Below are positions 1 to 13,564 of a DNA stretch of 64,000 bases, one piece after another. The stretch lies in contig CAWHTE010000002.1 of assembly GCA_963832165.1 (NCBI GenBank), positions 352,001-416,000 on the forward strand, read 5' to 3'. The notes beneath the pieces are model-generated. The model saw only the letters and a list, made by a program, of their open reading frames with translations, had not been told where the DNA came from and did not search any database. Position numbers and translations under genes: made by a program. Each line of letters opens with the position of its first letter. The first letter of the stretch is position 1. This stretch comes from an uncultured delta proteobacterium. Lineage in GTDB: Bacteria > Myxococcota_A > UBA9160 > SMWR01.

Positions 1-360
1 GGCCGTCAGCAGTGCGCCGCGCAGCGGCTCATCGCTGCGGTCCTTCCGGTTCACCACCACCACGGGCGTCCCGAGCGCTCGAGCGAGCGCCGTTGGATCG
101 AGCACTGCGAGCCCCGCGAGCGTGATGCCGCCGAACAGCACCCCGTGCAGCGCGGGCGCGAAGCGCCGCGCGCGGATCCAGTCGGAGAGGAACTCCGTGA
201 CGCCGTCGCCGTCGACGGGGAAGTCGGTCACGGCGATCGCCTCGACGAGGTCGTGCCCCTCCATCATCACACCCACGATCGGTGCGCGTCCGTCGGTCCG
301 ATACTTCTCGAACGGCCCGTCGTCGACGCCGAGCACGTGGGGTCGAGCGGGTAGGGACAT
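1..360 (-). CDS. DUF99-family (endonuclease V/dU-like) protein, 3' end runs off window
   Basis: Manual translation from ATG at 360: MSLPARPHVLGVDDGPFEKY...IVGVMM...VDGDGVT...LFGGITIAGLAVLD, matching the DUF99 pattern GxDDGPF...GIT.aG; not in the ORF track because it is truncated. Confidence 0.75.
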   Translation of the reverse strand, partial: MSLPARPHVLGVDDGPFEKYRTDGRAPIVGVMMEGHDLVEAIAVTDFPVDGDGVTEFLSDWIRARRFAPALHGVLFGGITLAGLAVLDPTALARALGTPVVVVNRKDRSDEPLRGALLTA

Positions 361-382
361 CGTGGGGTCGATTCTACGAGGA

Positions 383-4078
<3,696 letters not shown>

Positions 4079-4107
4079 TTGGATCCTCTCGGCTCGCGCC
4101 GCCCGGC

Positions 4108-4138
4108 AGTATAGTTAAATATCAGCCTATCTCAATGT
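4108..4138 (-). promoter_or_regulatory. Sigma70-like promoter of metH (TTGAGA-16-TATACT) overlapped by an imperfect palindrome ACATT-N10-GATAT
   Basis: Minus strand reads acaTTGAGAtaggctgatatttaacTATACT, in an AT-rich patch just upstream of the metH RBS (AGAGGA). Confidence 0.6.
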
Positions 4139-4782
4139 CCTGATTCAATATCCCCTAGGGGATCTACCAGCCCCAGCAGCGCCGTGAGCTCAGCGAGTGC
4201 CTGCTCCGGCGTCTCGACGCGGATCGTCGTCATGCCGAGCGCGCGCGCGGTCTTGAGATTGCGCCCGATGTCGTCGAGGAAGACCGCCTCGGACGGGGCG
4301 ATCGCGAGAGCCGTGCACGCGTGCTCGTAGATGCGCGGGTCGGGCTTCTGCAGCCCTAACGCACTCGACTCGAAGAACGCGTCGAAGTGCCCGGAGAGCG
4401 AACGCGTGCCCGTGTCGCCTTCGTCGGAGGCCCAGTTGTTCGTGAGCGCGGCCACTCGCAGCCCGCGCGCGCGCAGCGATCGGATCGCCGCGAGCATCGC
4501 GGGGCGCGGCTGCGACTCCGCGGCGATCCTCTCCATCATCGAGCGCGCATCGATTGCGAAGCCCGCCGCGGCGCACTCGGCCTCGAACGCCGGGATGAAT
4601 TCCACGAAGCCGATCCGACCGCGCTCGAGGCGGCCCCACGCTCCCTCGGCTCCCGTATCCGCGACCACGCGGTTGATCGAGCCCGCGGCGATGCCGAGCT
4701 CGCGCTCATAGGCTGCGATCGCGTGCATGGGCGACCCGAGCACGACGCCGCCGAGATCGAAGATCACGGCGCGGATCGCCAC
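4132..4782 (-). CDS. HAD-superfamily phosphatase (epoxide hydrolase N-terminal/ACAD10-like)
   Basis: AVIFDLGGV, LTNN, KPDPRIY and FLDDIGRNL motifs. Confidence 0.9.
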   Translation of the reverse strand: MAIRAVIFDLGGVVLGSPMHAIAAYERELGIAAGSINRVVADTGAEGAWGRLERGRIGFVEFIPAFEAECAAAGFAIDARSMMERIAAESQPRPAMLAAIRSLRARGLRVAALTNNWASDEGDTGTRSLSGHFDAFFESSALGLQKPDPRIYEHACTALAIAPSEAVFLDDIGRNLKTARALGMTTIRVETPEQALAELTALLGLVDPLGDIESGH

Positions 4783-5865
4783 CTAACGCTCCGCGTTCGA
4801 TACGCGCACGATGCGGTCGCCCGCGAACGTGCCGATCAGGAGACCGCCCTCCACCTCGAGTCCCACGGTGCCCGCACCGCTCGGTGTACCCGGACCGCCC
4901 TCGTAGACCGTCTCGGTTGCCATCGTGTTCGGATCGAGTGCGACGATCGCGAACGGCATCGGGCAGGATCCGCCCTCGAGGCCATCGCACGAGAGCATCT
5001 CGCGCATCTCGCCGCGCAGCGAGGCCACGAGCAGTTGGCCGTCGCGTGTCCACGTGAGGTTGTCCGGCTGCATCACCTCGGCGCGCGCCTCGATCTCGCC
5101 CGTGCGGCGATCGATCCGCCGCACCTCGCTCGCGAGCGTGGCGTTCAGGAAGATCTTCTCGCCGTCGGCCGAGAGCTCGATGCCGTTCGGACCCGCTACG
5201 CGCGTGCCAGGCACTTCGGAGAATCCCTGCTCCCGACTCCACGCGTACACCCATCCCGTGTCACCGCCGAACAGCACGGCCTTCGCCGCGGCGAACATGA
5301 ACGCAGTGGACGAGATGGGCCCGAAGCGCGTGACGAGGAATCCGCCGTCGGGCAGCGCGACCACGTCGTTGAGACCGCCCTCCGGCGCCACGGCACAGCC
5401 GCGCCACACCAGCTGCCACGAGCCCTGCGCCGGGAGCACCTCGAACATCTCCACCGACTCGCGCTCGCCGTGCTGCACAACGAGCAGCTGCAGAAACCCG
5501 TCGGCGCGCTTCGCGAGGTAGATCCCGTGTGGACTGAACGCGGTCGACGGTCCGCTGCAGTCGGCCTCGCCCCAGGGTCCCGGGGCCGTAGGCTCACCGC
5601 CCGCGAACAAGCTCGTGTGTTCGCCCGACTCGAGGTCGAGCAGCGAGATCCGGCCCGAGCGCGCACCCGCCTCACCGAACCCACCGTACTCGCTCACGAG
5701 CACGTGGCGGCCGTCGGGCAGCAGCGCGAGATCCTCGGGGTTCTGGTAACCGCACAGCGGCGCCGCAGCGCCGATCGGATCGCACGACGCGATCGGCGGG
5801 GCCGAGCCGCACGCGACCAGGCCGAACGCGAACACGATGGCGGCAGAGACGGCGACGTGGTTCAT
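4783..5865 (-). CDS. Lipoprotein, SMP-30/paraoxonase-like beta-propeller hydrolase
   Basis: Start MNHVAV with lipobox LVAC; NPEDL, FSPHGI, LNDVV, GPNGI and QPDNL motifs. Confidence 0.8.
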   Translation of the reverse strand: MNHVAVSAAIVFAFGLVACGSAPPIASCDPIGAAAPLCGYQNPEDLALLPDGRHVLVSEYGGFGEAGARSGRISLLDLESGEHTSLFAGGEPTAPGPWGEADCSGPSTAFSPHGIYLAKRADGFLQLLVVQHGERESVEMFEVLPAQGSWQLVWRGCAVAPEGGLNDVVALPDGGFLVTRFGPISSTAFMFAAAKAVLFGGDTGWVYAWSREQGFSEVPGTRVAGPNGIELSADGEKIFLNATLASEVRRIDRRTGEIEARAEVMQPDNLTWTRDGQLLVASLRGEMREMLSCDGLEGGSCPMPFAIVALDPNTMATETVYEGGPGTPSGAGTVGLEVEGGLLIGTFAGDRIVRVSNAER

Positions 5866-5872
5866 CGATCCC

Positions 5873-6796
5873 TCACGGCGTGGGTTGGGCCGGGGAAGGC
5901 TCGCGCGTCGATCGCAGCGCGTCGAGGGTGAAGATCGAGAGCGCGACGGCCACGAACCCGAACGCGATCGCGTGATCGCGCGTGAACGGCTCGCGGTACC
6001 AGAGCACGGCGAGCAGCAGTGCCAGGCTCGGCGAGATGTACTGCAGGATCCCGATCGCGCTGAGCGGCAACCGCCGCGTGGCGCTCGCGAAGAACACGAG
6101 CGGCGCCGCAGTGACGAGCCCAGAGGCGGCGAGCCACGCGTCGACTCCGGCTCCCGCACCCGGAAGCGCGAGCGATCCGTCCGGCTGCGCGACCAGGAAC
6201 ACGGCCGCGAGCGGGGCGAGCAGCAGCATCTCGACCGCGAACCCCGCGAGCGACGAGACCGGTACGACCTTTCTCACGAGTCCGTAGAGCGCGAACGAGA
6301 TCGCGAGCGCGGCCGAGATCCAGGGCAGACCACCGAGGCGCGCGGTCCACCACGCGACGCCCGCGGTCGCGATGCCGACCGCGAGCCACTGCGCGGGGCG
6401 CAGTCGCTCGCGCAGCACGACGAAGCCGAGCGCGACCGAGACGAGCGGATTGATGTAGTAGCCGAGGCTCGTGTCGGTGATGCGCCCGGCCTGCACGGCG
6501 AGGATGAACACGAGCCAGTTCACGCCCAGCAGCGCTGCCGAGAACGCGATCGGGAGCAGGCTGCGGACGTCTCGCAACACGAGCGCCAGATCGCGCGCAC
6601 GGCGGGCGAGCAGCAGCAAAGCGAGGCCGAACGCGGCCGAACACAGCGCGCGCCACGCGGTCAGCTCCGCGGCGGGGATTTCCGCGAGCTGCTTCCAGTA
6701 GACGGGCATGAAACTCCAGAGCCCGTAGGCGGCGAGCGCGAAGGCGGTGCCCACGGCGGTGTTCATGGGGGCGGAGGGCGTGTGACCGGGCGGCAT
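5873..6796 (-). CDS. rarD: EamA-family permease RarD
   Basis: AYGLW, SLGYYINPLV, LRERL, YGLVRK and GILQYISP motifs; start may be 6766. Confidence 0.92.
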   Translation of the reverse strand: MPPGHTPSAPMNTAVGTAFALAAYGLWSFMPVYWKQLAEIPAAELTAWRALCSAAFGLALLLLARRARDLALVLRDVRSLLPIAFSAALLGVNWLVFILAVQAGRITDTSLGYYINPLVSVALGFVVLRERLRPAQWLAVGIATAGVAWWTARLGGLPWISAALAISFALYGLVRKVVPVSSLAGFAVEMLLLAPLAAVFLVAQPDGSLALPGAGAGVDAWLAASGLVTAAPLVFFASATRRLPLSAIGILQYISPSLALLLAVLWYREPFTRDHAIAFGFVAVALSIFTLDALRSTREPSPAQPTP

Positions 6797-6840
6797 CGGG
6801 GCGCGCCAGGATACAGGCCGCGGGCGCTACCGTGTCGCGC

Positions 6841-7764
6841 ATGGAGTTCGTCCGGTCTCGGGCCGGTGGCCTGCGCATCCTCCACCGACCCGACCTCGCG
6901 CCGGAGCACGTCGTGCGCGCGATCGAGGCGCATCGGTCCAACGCGGATCGGGGGCGCGAGTTCTGCGAGCACTGGGGCCCGGCGTCGTCGGTGAGCCGGA
7001 TCCTGCTGCGCCGCGACCAGGGCGATCTCGATCTCGCGGTGAAGTGGAACCACGCGCGCGGGCCGCGCGCTGCGTTCACCGAGTGGTGGCGCGGATCGCG
7101 CGCGGCGCGCGCCGTCACGGGGGCCGAGCAGCTGCGCGGCATCGGGATCCCGCATCCCGAGGCGGTCGCGATTGCGGAGAACCGGCGGCCGGGTCGCCTC
7201 TCCGAGAGCTATCTGCTCACGTGCTTCGTGGCCGGATCCACACCGCTTCCCGCGCTCATGCCGCAGCTGCTCGCCGCGCCGCGACGCCGGCGCGCCATCG
7301 CGTTCGAGATCGGCCGCGTGGTCGGTGCGCTGCACGCGGCCGGCCTCGATCACGCCGATCTCAAGCACTCGAATCTCCTGGTCACGGCCGACGACCGCAT
7401 CGCTCTGCTCGACCTCGACTCGCTGATTCCGCCGCGAGCGCCGACCTGGCGCCGGCGCGTGCGCGCGCTCGGGCAGCTCGAGGCCTATGCGAGCGACCTG
7501 TATCCCGAGCTTCCGCGCAGCGATCGCGCGCGCGTGCTGCACGCCTACTTCGAGCGCGAGCCCGCGCTGCGCGCGCGCCGCCGCGAGCTGGTGCGCGAGG
7601 TGCGGCGCTGGGTCGAGCATCGGCTCCAACGCTGGCTCGGACGCGACCGCGAGCTCCACATCTACTACCCGCTCGCGCCGCGCGCACCGCTCGCGCCGAC
7701 GCTCGTCGATCTGCGCGCGAGCGCGGACTCGAGAGTGCAGGGCGGGGGAGCGCGATGCGCATAG
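6841..7764 (+). CDS. Lipopolysaccharide kinase (Kdo/WaaP/InaA family)
   Basis: AVK, LHAAGLDHADLKHSNLL and LLDLD kinase motifs; coupled to a glycosyltransferase. Confidence 0.8.
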   Translation: MEFVRSRAGGLRILHRPDLAPEHVVRAIEAHRSNADRGREFCEHWGPASSVSRILLRRDQGDLDLAVKWNHARGPRAAFTEWWRGSRAARAVTGAEQLRGIGIPHPEAVAIAENRRPGRLSESYLLTCFVAGSTPLPALMPQLLAAPRRRRAIAFEIGRVVGALHAAGLDHADLKHSNLLVTADDRIALLDLDSLIPPRAPTWRRRVRALGQLEAYASDLYPELPRSDRARVLHAYFEREPALRARRRELVREVRRWVEHRLQRWLGRDRELHIYYPLAPRAPLAPTLVDLRASADSRVQGGGARCA

Positions 7765-8909
7765 CACTCACCCACCCGCGCGCGAGTGACCTGGGCGGCG
7801 TCGAGCGCCAGGCACATAGCGTGGCGCAGGCGCTGCTCGACGCAGGCCACGAGGTGCACTTCTTCTGCCAGCGCGCCGACGCGAGCATCGACCCGCGGAT
7901 CACCGTGCACCGCGTCTCGAATCCGCTGCGTCCCGTGCGCTGGTTCAAGGTCTGGTGGTTCGACCGCGCCTGCGAACGCGCCGTGGCAGCCTCGGGACCG
8001 TTCGATCTCGTGCACGGCTTCGGGAAGACGTCGCGTCAGGACGTGTATTTCGACGGCAGCGGCTGTCTCGCCGATTTTCAGACCTGGTCGGTCGACGGCG
8101 CGATCGCATCGGAGTGGCGACGCCGGCTGCGGCGCGCGAGCCCGCATCAGCGCGTGGTCGCGCGGATCGAGCGCGCGCGGTACACGCGCGGGAACTACCG
8201 CCGCGTACTCGCGATCTCCGAGCTCGTGCGCCAGCAGATCCTCGAGCGATACGCACTCGCGCCGCACGACGTCGAGACCGTCTACCCGGGCGTCGATCTC
8301 GAGCGGTTCGCGCCCGATCCATCGGCGCGCGAGCAGACGCGCCGCGTGCTAGGCGTGGCCCACGACGTGCCGCTGATCGCGTTTCTGGGCTCGGACTATC
8401 GCCGCAAGGGGATCCCGGTCCTGCTCGCAGCGCTCGCGCAGATCCCCGGCGCGCACGCATTCGTGATCGGGGCGGAGCGGGCCGCGCGTCGCGCGGCGTT
8501 CGAGAGCGAGGCGCGCGCGGCGGGGCTCGGCGAGCGGATCCACTGGCTCGGCGTCCAGCCCGAGCCGCAGCGCTGGCTCGCGGCTGCCGACCTGCTGCTG
8601 TTCCCGACCCGGTTCGATGCCTTCGGCAGCGCGGTGCTCGAGGCGCTCGCGTGCGGCGTCCCCGCGATCGTGAGCCGGCTCGCGGGCGCCGCGGAGCTGG
8701 TGTCGCCGGGGGAGACCGGGCTCGTGGTCGACGCGCACGCCGACGTCTCCACCTGGGCCGCGGCGGCGCGCCCGTTCCTCGACCCGGTCCGGCGTCCCGA
8801 GGTTCGCGCCCGCGCGCGCGCGACCGCCGAGCGCCATCCGTGGAGCCGCCATGCCCAGCGCGTGCTCGCGGTCTATCAGGAGCTAACCGGGGTCCCCAAG
8901 GGGGAATAG
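7755..8909 (+). CDS. Glycosyltransferase family 4 (WaaG-like)
   Basis: Start MRIALTHP; GGVERQ, RKG and DAFGSAVLEALACGVP motifs. Confidence 0.9.
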   Translation: MRIALTHPRASDLGGVERQAHSVAQALLDAGHEVHFFCQRADASIDPRITVHRVSNPLRPVRWFKVWWFDRACERAVAASGPFDLVHGFGKTSRQDVYFDGSGCLADFQTWSVDGAIASEWRRRLRRASPHQRVVARIERARYTRGNYRRVLAISELVRQQILERYALAPHDVETVYPGVDLERFAPDPSAREQTRRVLGVAHDVPLIAFLGSDYRRKGIPVLLAALAQIPGAHAFVIGAERAARRAAFESEARAAGLGERIHWLGVQPEPQRWLAAADLLLFPTRFDAFGSAVLEALACGVPAIVSRLAGAAELVSPGETGLVVDAHADVSTWAAAARPFLDPVRRPEVRARARATAERHPWSRHAQRVLAVYQELTGVPKGE

Positions 8910-9008
8910 CGGGTCGCCCGCGGGCATTCCATACTCGGGCGGGCCACGAATTTCCCCGGGCATCCCCCATTCCGCCCGGAACGCTGAGGCGAGGGGAAAA
9001 AGCCTTCG

Positions 9009-11183
9009 ATGGATTTCGAGCGGGCCTTCGACACCCTGGGGCTCACGCCCGGGGCGTCCGAGCAGGACGTCGACGCCGCCTATCGCCGTCTCTGCGTGGA
9101 CTTCGATGCGCGCATCGGGCGCGTGAACAGCCTCGCTCTGCGCGACCGCTATGCCGCCGCGCGCGCCGAGCTCGAAGGCGCGCGCGCGATCGCGCTCCAG
9201 GCGGCCAAGCTGAACACCGCTTCGCGGAACGTTCCCGAGAACTTCGCCACGCGCGCGTGGGCGGTGCTCGGGCTCGCCGTGGGTGCGTCGCCGCTCGAAG
9301 TGGCGTCGGCGTACGTCTCGCTGTGCGAAGAGCTCGATCGCGAGCTCGCGGAGGCTCCCACTGAAGCGCTGCGCCACCGCTGCCTCGAAGCGCGCGCCGA
9401 GATCGACAGCGCCTATCAACAATGCGCGGCCGCACCGCTCGCGGCGGAGACGGCCGGAGACGCGAACGCCAGGGCGGGCTACGAGACCCAGGTGGCGCGC
9501 GCGACCTTCGAGGCTCCGATCGCGGCGCCGCCGACCCCGGATGCTGCACTGATGCGGATCCTCGCCGAGCCCGACCCGCCCCAGACGCCGCGCCGGCGTC
9601 ACCGCCGCCGCCCGCTGCGCCGCTTCGCCGTCTCCTCGGCGCTGCTGCTGTTCGCCGCGGCCGGATCACTCGGCTACGTCTGGTGGAGCGATCCCGAGCG
9701 CGTGCACTTCCTCACGCGCTACATCCCGCTGCCGCCGGATCCGGAGCTGGTCGAATCCCAGACGAGCGCGGAGTATCTGCGGCGCCGCGTCGCGGAGGAA
9801 CGCCGCGACATCCAGCGCCGTGCGGAAGAGGCCGCCGCGCGCCTGGTGCGAATGCAGACCGAGCCCGCGCCGACAGCGGACGGCTCCGATCCGCACACGC
9901 GCACCGATGGCACGCTCGAGCAGGCGCAGGCCCGCTCCGAGCTCGCGAAGCATCTGTTCGAGCTCACCGAGCGGCACATCTTCTCGAGCAGCGCGCTCGC
10001 CGAGGCGTTCGGGCACATGGAGCTCGCCACCGAGCTCGCGGGCGCGGGCGAAACCGATCGCGCCGTGGCGGCCTACTCCGAGGCGCGCGCGAACCTCGAG
10101 GCCACGCTCGCCAATCTCGACGAGGCCGAGTCGGCGCTCGGTGCGCGCTACGAGGCGGTCGATGCGCGCGACGCCTGGGTCGCGCTCGCGGCATCGGCCG
10201 GGCTCGAGCCAGGCCAGTCCGTGCTCGACGGCGGACAGCGGCTGGACGAGGCCGATGCGCTGCTCGACGGGGGCAACTTCGCGACCGCGATTCCCGAGAT
10301 GCGCCTGGCCTCGCAGAATTTCCGCACGGCGATCGACGAGGCGCGGCGTGAGCTCGCGGCGCGACGGGAGGTCTTCGAAGCCGAGCGCAAGAGCGAGCGG
10401 GCGCGCGCAGAGGCGGATCGCCTCGCGCGCGCAGTGGAGCTCGGCTCGAGTGAGGACACGTCGCTGCCGCCGGTGTCGTCCGGGAACGCCACCGACGTCA
10501 AATTGGTCACGATCCCGGCCGGGAGCTTCGTCTATGGCTGCAACGGCGACGGAGGCCGCGAATGCCCGTCGTCGGAGTCGCCGGGTCAGCGCGCCGAGAT
10601 CTCCGCGTTCAAGATCGATCGCACCGAGGTGCGCGTGAGCGAGTACCGCCGCTGTGTCGACGAGGGCGCCTGCGCACCGCCCGGCGTGGCGAACGGCTGC
10701 AACTGGAGTGCGCCCGGTCGCGGTGACCATCCCGTGAACTGCATCGACTGGGAGCAGGCCGCGACTTATTGCGGCTGGGTCGGGAAGCGGCTTCCGACCG
10801 AACAGGAATGGGAGAAGGCCGCGCGCGGAACCGACGGCCGCGTCTATCCGTGGGGCAACACGAGCGCATCCTGCGACGTGGCCGTGATGAGCGGCGGTTC
10901 GGGAGCGGGTTGCGGCGGCGCCTCGACGGCGCCGGTGGCCAGCCGCGACCGCGGCCGAAGCCCCTACGGGTTGTTCGACATGGCCGGCAACGTGCTCGAG
11001 TGGACCGGAAGCGCGTTCGCGTCCGGCGCCGGCGCGCGCGTACTGCGCGGCGGATCCTGGAAGAACGACGCCGGCGCGGTCCGCTCCTCGCATCGCGAAG
11101 GAGCGCTGCCGAACGTGCGCGACCCAAGCATCGGGTTCCGCTGCGCACAGGGTGCGATCGTCGCCGAGATGCGCGCGCATTGA
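9009..11183 (+). CDS. Membrane-anchored protein with N-terminal J-domain-like repeats, coiled coil and C-terminal FGE-sulfatase (SUMF1) domain
   Basis: AFDTLGLTPGAS and AWAVLGLAVGAS repeats; one TM helix; HPVNCIDW, RLPTEQEWEKAARG, DMAGNVLEW, RGGSW and GFRC. Confidence 0.85.
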   Translation: MDFERAFDTLGLTPGASEQDVDAAYRRLCVDFDARIGRVNSLALRDRYAAARAELEGARAIALQAAKLNTASRNVPENFATRAWAVLGLAVGASPLEVASAYVSLCEELDRELAEAPTEALRHRCLEARAEIDSAYQQCAAAPLAAETAGDANARAGYETQVARATFEAPIAAPPTPDAALMRILAEPDPPQTPRRRHRRRPLRRFAVSSALLLFAAAGSLGYVWWSDPERVHFLTRYIPLPPDPELVESQTSAEYLRRRVAEERRDIQRRAEEAAARLVRMQTEPAPTADGSDPHTRTDGTLEQAQARSELAKHLFELTERHIFSSSALAEAFGHMELATELAGAGETDRAVAAYSEARANLEATLANLDEAESALGARYEAVDARDAWVALAASAGLEPGQSVLDGGQRLDEADALLDGGNFATAIPEMRLASQNFRTAIDEARRELAARREVFEAERKSERARAEADRLARAVELGSSEDTSLPPVSSGNATDVKLVTIPAGSFVYGCNGDGGRECPSSESPGQRAEISAFKIDRTEVRVSEYRRCVDEGACAPPGVANGCNWSAPGRGDHPVNCIDWEQAATYCGWVGKRLPTEQEWEKAARGTDGRVYPWGNTSASCDVAVMSGGSGAGCGGASTAPVASRDRGRSPYGLFDMAGNVLEWTGSAFASGAGARVLRGGSWKNDAGAVRSSHREGALPNVRDPSIGFRCAQGAIVAEMRAH

Positions 11184-11926
11184 TTCCGCTCCGCGACGAC
11201 AACCCCACGCTCGGCACGTCCACGGCGACGTTCGCCATCATCGGCGCGAACATCGCAGCGTGGATCTTCGTGCAGGGGCTCGGCACCGAGCCCACGCTCG
11301 CGCGCTCGGTCTGCGAGCTCGGTGCGATTCCGGGCGCTCTGCTCGGCAGAGTGGCGACGGGTGCCGCGGTTCCGCTCGGGCCCGGACTCGAATGCGTGGT
11401 CGGTCACGGGGGCTGGCACACGCTGTTCACCTCGATGTTCATGCACGGCGGCTGGTTCCACATTCTCGGCAACCTGTGGTTCCTGTGGGTGTTCGGAGAC
11501 AACGTCGAGGATGCGATGGGGCCGCTCCGGTTCGCGGTGTTCTATGTCGTGTGCGGCATCGCCGCGGCGCTCGCCCACGTCGCCTCGAGCCCGGACAGTG
11601 CAGTGCCGGTGGTCGGAGCGTCGGGAGCGATCGGCGGTGTGATGGGTGCATACGCGGTGCTCTACCCGCGCGCGCCCGTGCACATGCTCCTCGCGCTCGG
11701 CTTCTACTTCACGCGCGTCGTGGTGCCCGCGTATCTGATGCTCGGATACTGGTTTCTGCTCCAGCTCCTCGGCGGCATCCCGGCACTGCAGGGTACCGGA
11801 GGGGGTGTCGCATTCTGGGCACACGTGGGCGGATTCGCCGCTGGCATCGCACTGCTGCCGCTGTTCCGGGTTCCCGCGCGAGTCGAGGCCCATCGACGTC
11901 ACGTCGCGGAGCGCTTCGGCGCGTAG
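11180..11926 (+). CDS. Rhomboid intramembrane serine protease
   Basis: TTG start (IPLRDDNP); HGGWFHILGN, catalytic GASG and VAFWAHVGGF. Confidence 0.92.
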   Translation: MIPLRDDNPTLGTSTATFAIIGANIAAWIFVQGLGTEPTLARSVCELGAIPGALLGRVATGAAVPLGPGLECVVGHGGWHTLFTSMFMHGGWFHILGNLWFLWVFGDNVEDAMGPLRFAVFYVVCGIAAALAHVASSPDSAVPVVGASGAIGGVMGAYAVLYPRAPVHMLLALGFYFTRVVVPAYLMLGYWFLLQLLGGIPALQGTGGGVAFWAHVGGFAAGIALLPLFRVPARVEAHRRHVAERFGA

Positions 11927-11976
11927 TTTTGCGGCTATGATTCTCGTCCACTTCCCGGTGGAACATCGCTGGAGGA

Positions 11977-12273
11977 ATGCGCGTGGTCACGATCGGAATG
12001 AACTACTTCGTGCTGCCCGGGAAGGAGCAGATCTTCGAGGACGCCTGCGATCGCGTGGTGCAGACGATGCAGGGCATCGACGGCCACGACCAATCCCATC
12101 TCTATCGGCGGATCGGCGGAGACGACCGGGTGTATCTGATCGTGTCGCGCTGGCAGAGCGAAGCCGCCTTCGATGCCTTCGTCGCGTCCGATGCGTTCAA
12201 GAAGGTCACGAACTGGGGCAAGCAGAACATTCTCTCCGGTCCGCCGCGCCACACCACGTATCGCGAGGGGTGA
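11977..12273 (+). CDS. Antibiotic biosynthesis monooxygenase (ABM/IsdG-like) protein
   Basis: 98 aa; GKEQIFE and YLIVSRWQSEAAF; RBS GGAGGA. Confidence 0.8.
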   Translation: MRVVTIGMNYFVLPGKEQIFEDACDRVVQTMQGIDGHDQSHLYRRIGGDDRVYLIVSRWQSEAAFDAFVASDAFKKVTNWGKQNILSGPPRHTTYREG

Positions 12274-13190
12274 CCCGCTCGGCGCCCGCCGCGCGTCCCA
12301 CCGTCGTCGGGCTGGGCCTGTGCGTGGTCGATCACCTCTACGTGGTCGACGAGATCGCGAGCACGCGCGAGCGCTCGCGCTACACGCAGCGCAAGGTGCT
12401 CGCGGGTGGAATGGTGTCGAACGCGCTCGCTCAGGTCGCGCGCCTCGGTTGCCGCGCCGAGCTGATCTCGCTGGTCGGCAACGACGCAGACGGGCGCCTG
12501 GCCCGGCGCAGTCTGCGCGCGATGGGAGTGTCGACGCGCGGACTCCTGCTCTCGGACGCATTCCCGACCACGATCGCGGTGGTGATGATCGGTGCGCGCG
12601 ACGGCGAGCGCCGTTTCGTCACCGCGCATCGCGCGCGCTTCGAGCGGCGCGTGCCCGCGTTCGATCTCACGCCGGTTCGTCCTGGGCGCGTGTTGCTGAT
12701 CGACGGCCATTTCCCCGCGCAGGCGCTGCGCGCCGCGAAGCGCGCGCGCTCGCTCGGCGTTCCGATCGTCGCGGACTTCAGCGATCCGCGCCCCGACTAT
12801 CTCCGCCTGCTTCCCTGGGTGGATCACCCCGTGCTCCCCGAGGCATTCGTGCGGCAGTGGTCGCCGGGCGATCCCGCCGACGCGCTGCGCAGGCTGCGGC
12901 GCGAGTTCGGCGGCTCGCCCGTCGTGACGCTCGGCGCGCGCGGCGGTCTCTACTGGTGCAACGGGAAGGTGAGGCAGTACCGCAGCCCGCGTGTGCGCGT
13001 GCTCGACACGACCGGCGCAGGTGACGTGTTCCACGGCGCGTTCGCAGCGGGCCTCGCCTCCGGACTCGAGCTTCCCGAGATCGTCGCGCGCGCCGCGCGC
13101 GCGGGCGCGCTCGCGTGCACGGCGCTCGGCGCGACCGCGCGCCTGGCCTCGCGGCGCGAGTGGAAAGGCTTGGTTCCCGCGGGTCGTTGA
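12270..13190 (+). CDS. PfkB-family carbohydrate kinase
   Basis: GG.vsNA, VGND.DG, VTLGARG and DTTGAGDVFHGA motifs. Confidence 0.9.
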   Translation: MTRSAPAARPTVVGLGLCVVDHLYVVDEIASTRERSRYTQRKVLAGGMVSNALAQVARLGCRAELISLVGNDADGRLARRSLRAMGVSTRGLLLSDAFPTTIAVVMIGARDGERRFVTAHRARFERRVPAFDLTPVRPGRVLLIDGHFPAQALRAAKRARSLGVPIVADFSDPRPDYLRLLPWVDHPVLPEAFVRQWSPGDPADALRRLRREFGGSPVVTLGARGGLYWCNGKVRQYRSPRVRVLDTTGAGDVFHGAFAAGLASGLELPEIVARAARAGALACTALGATARLASRREWKGLVPAGR

Positions 13191-13451
13191 CCTCGCACAC
13201 TCTCGCAGGCTGCGCCCCGAGTACTGCCGAAGGCGGATCGTGCCGCCTGATCGATCCTGGCGCGCCCCCGCAGGTTCAGCTCGAGCTGATCGCATCGGTG
13301 GACGCGCGCCTGCAGGGCACCGTGCGGATCAAGCCAGACCTCGCTGGAAGTCCGCGATTTCATTGGACCTGGTTTCGGCGTCGAACTCGACACGATTCGC
13401 GGTCCTCGACCGAGCCCGAAACCCCGCGGGCGCACATTTAGTCAGGTAGCC

Positions 13452-13473
13452 GAACTGGATTCAAATCCAGTTC
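13452..13473. repeat. Perfect 10-bp inverted repeat GAACTGGATT-ca-AATCCAGTTC
   Basis: Direct inspection; lies at the distal boundary of the cassette array. Confidence 0.7.
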
Positions 13474-13564
13474 ACGGAAACGATCAGTGCGTTGGTGACT
13501 CCGGCCAGCGCATGTCACCCAGGACGAGCGCCGAGATCGTGACTCCTGTCGGACGACCCGAGCA

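Noticed and set aside
13191..13449. Small gene between pfkB and the array
   Set aside because: No convincing start or RBS and no recognisable motif; possibly a remnant
13424..13452. dif/Xer site at the array border
   Set aside because: Only a partial GCGCAC-ATTTA resemblance; no 11-6-11 XerC/XerD structure
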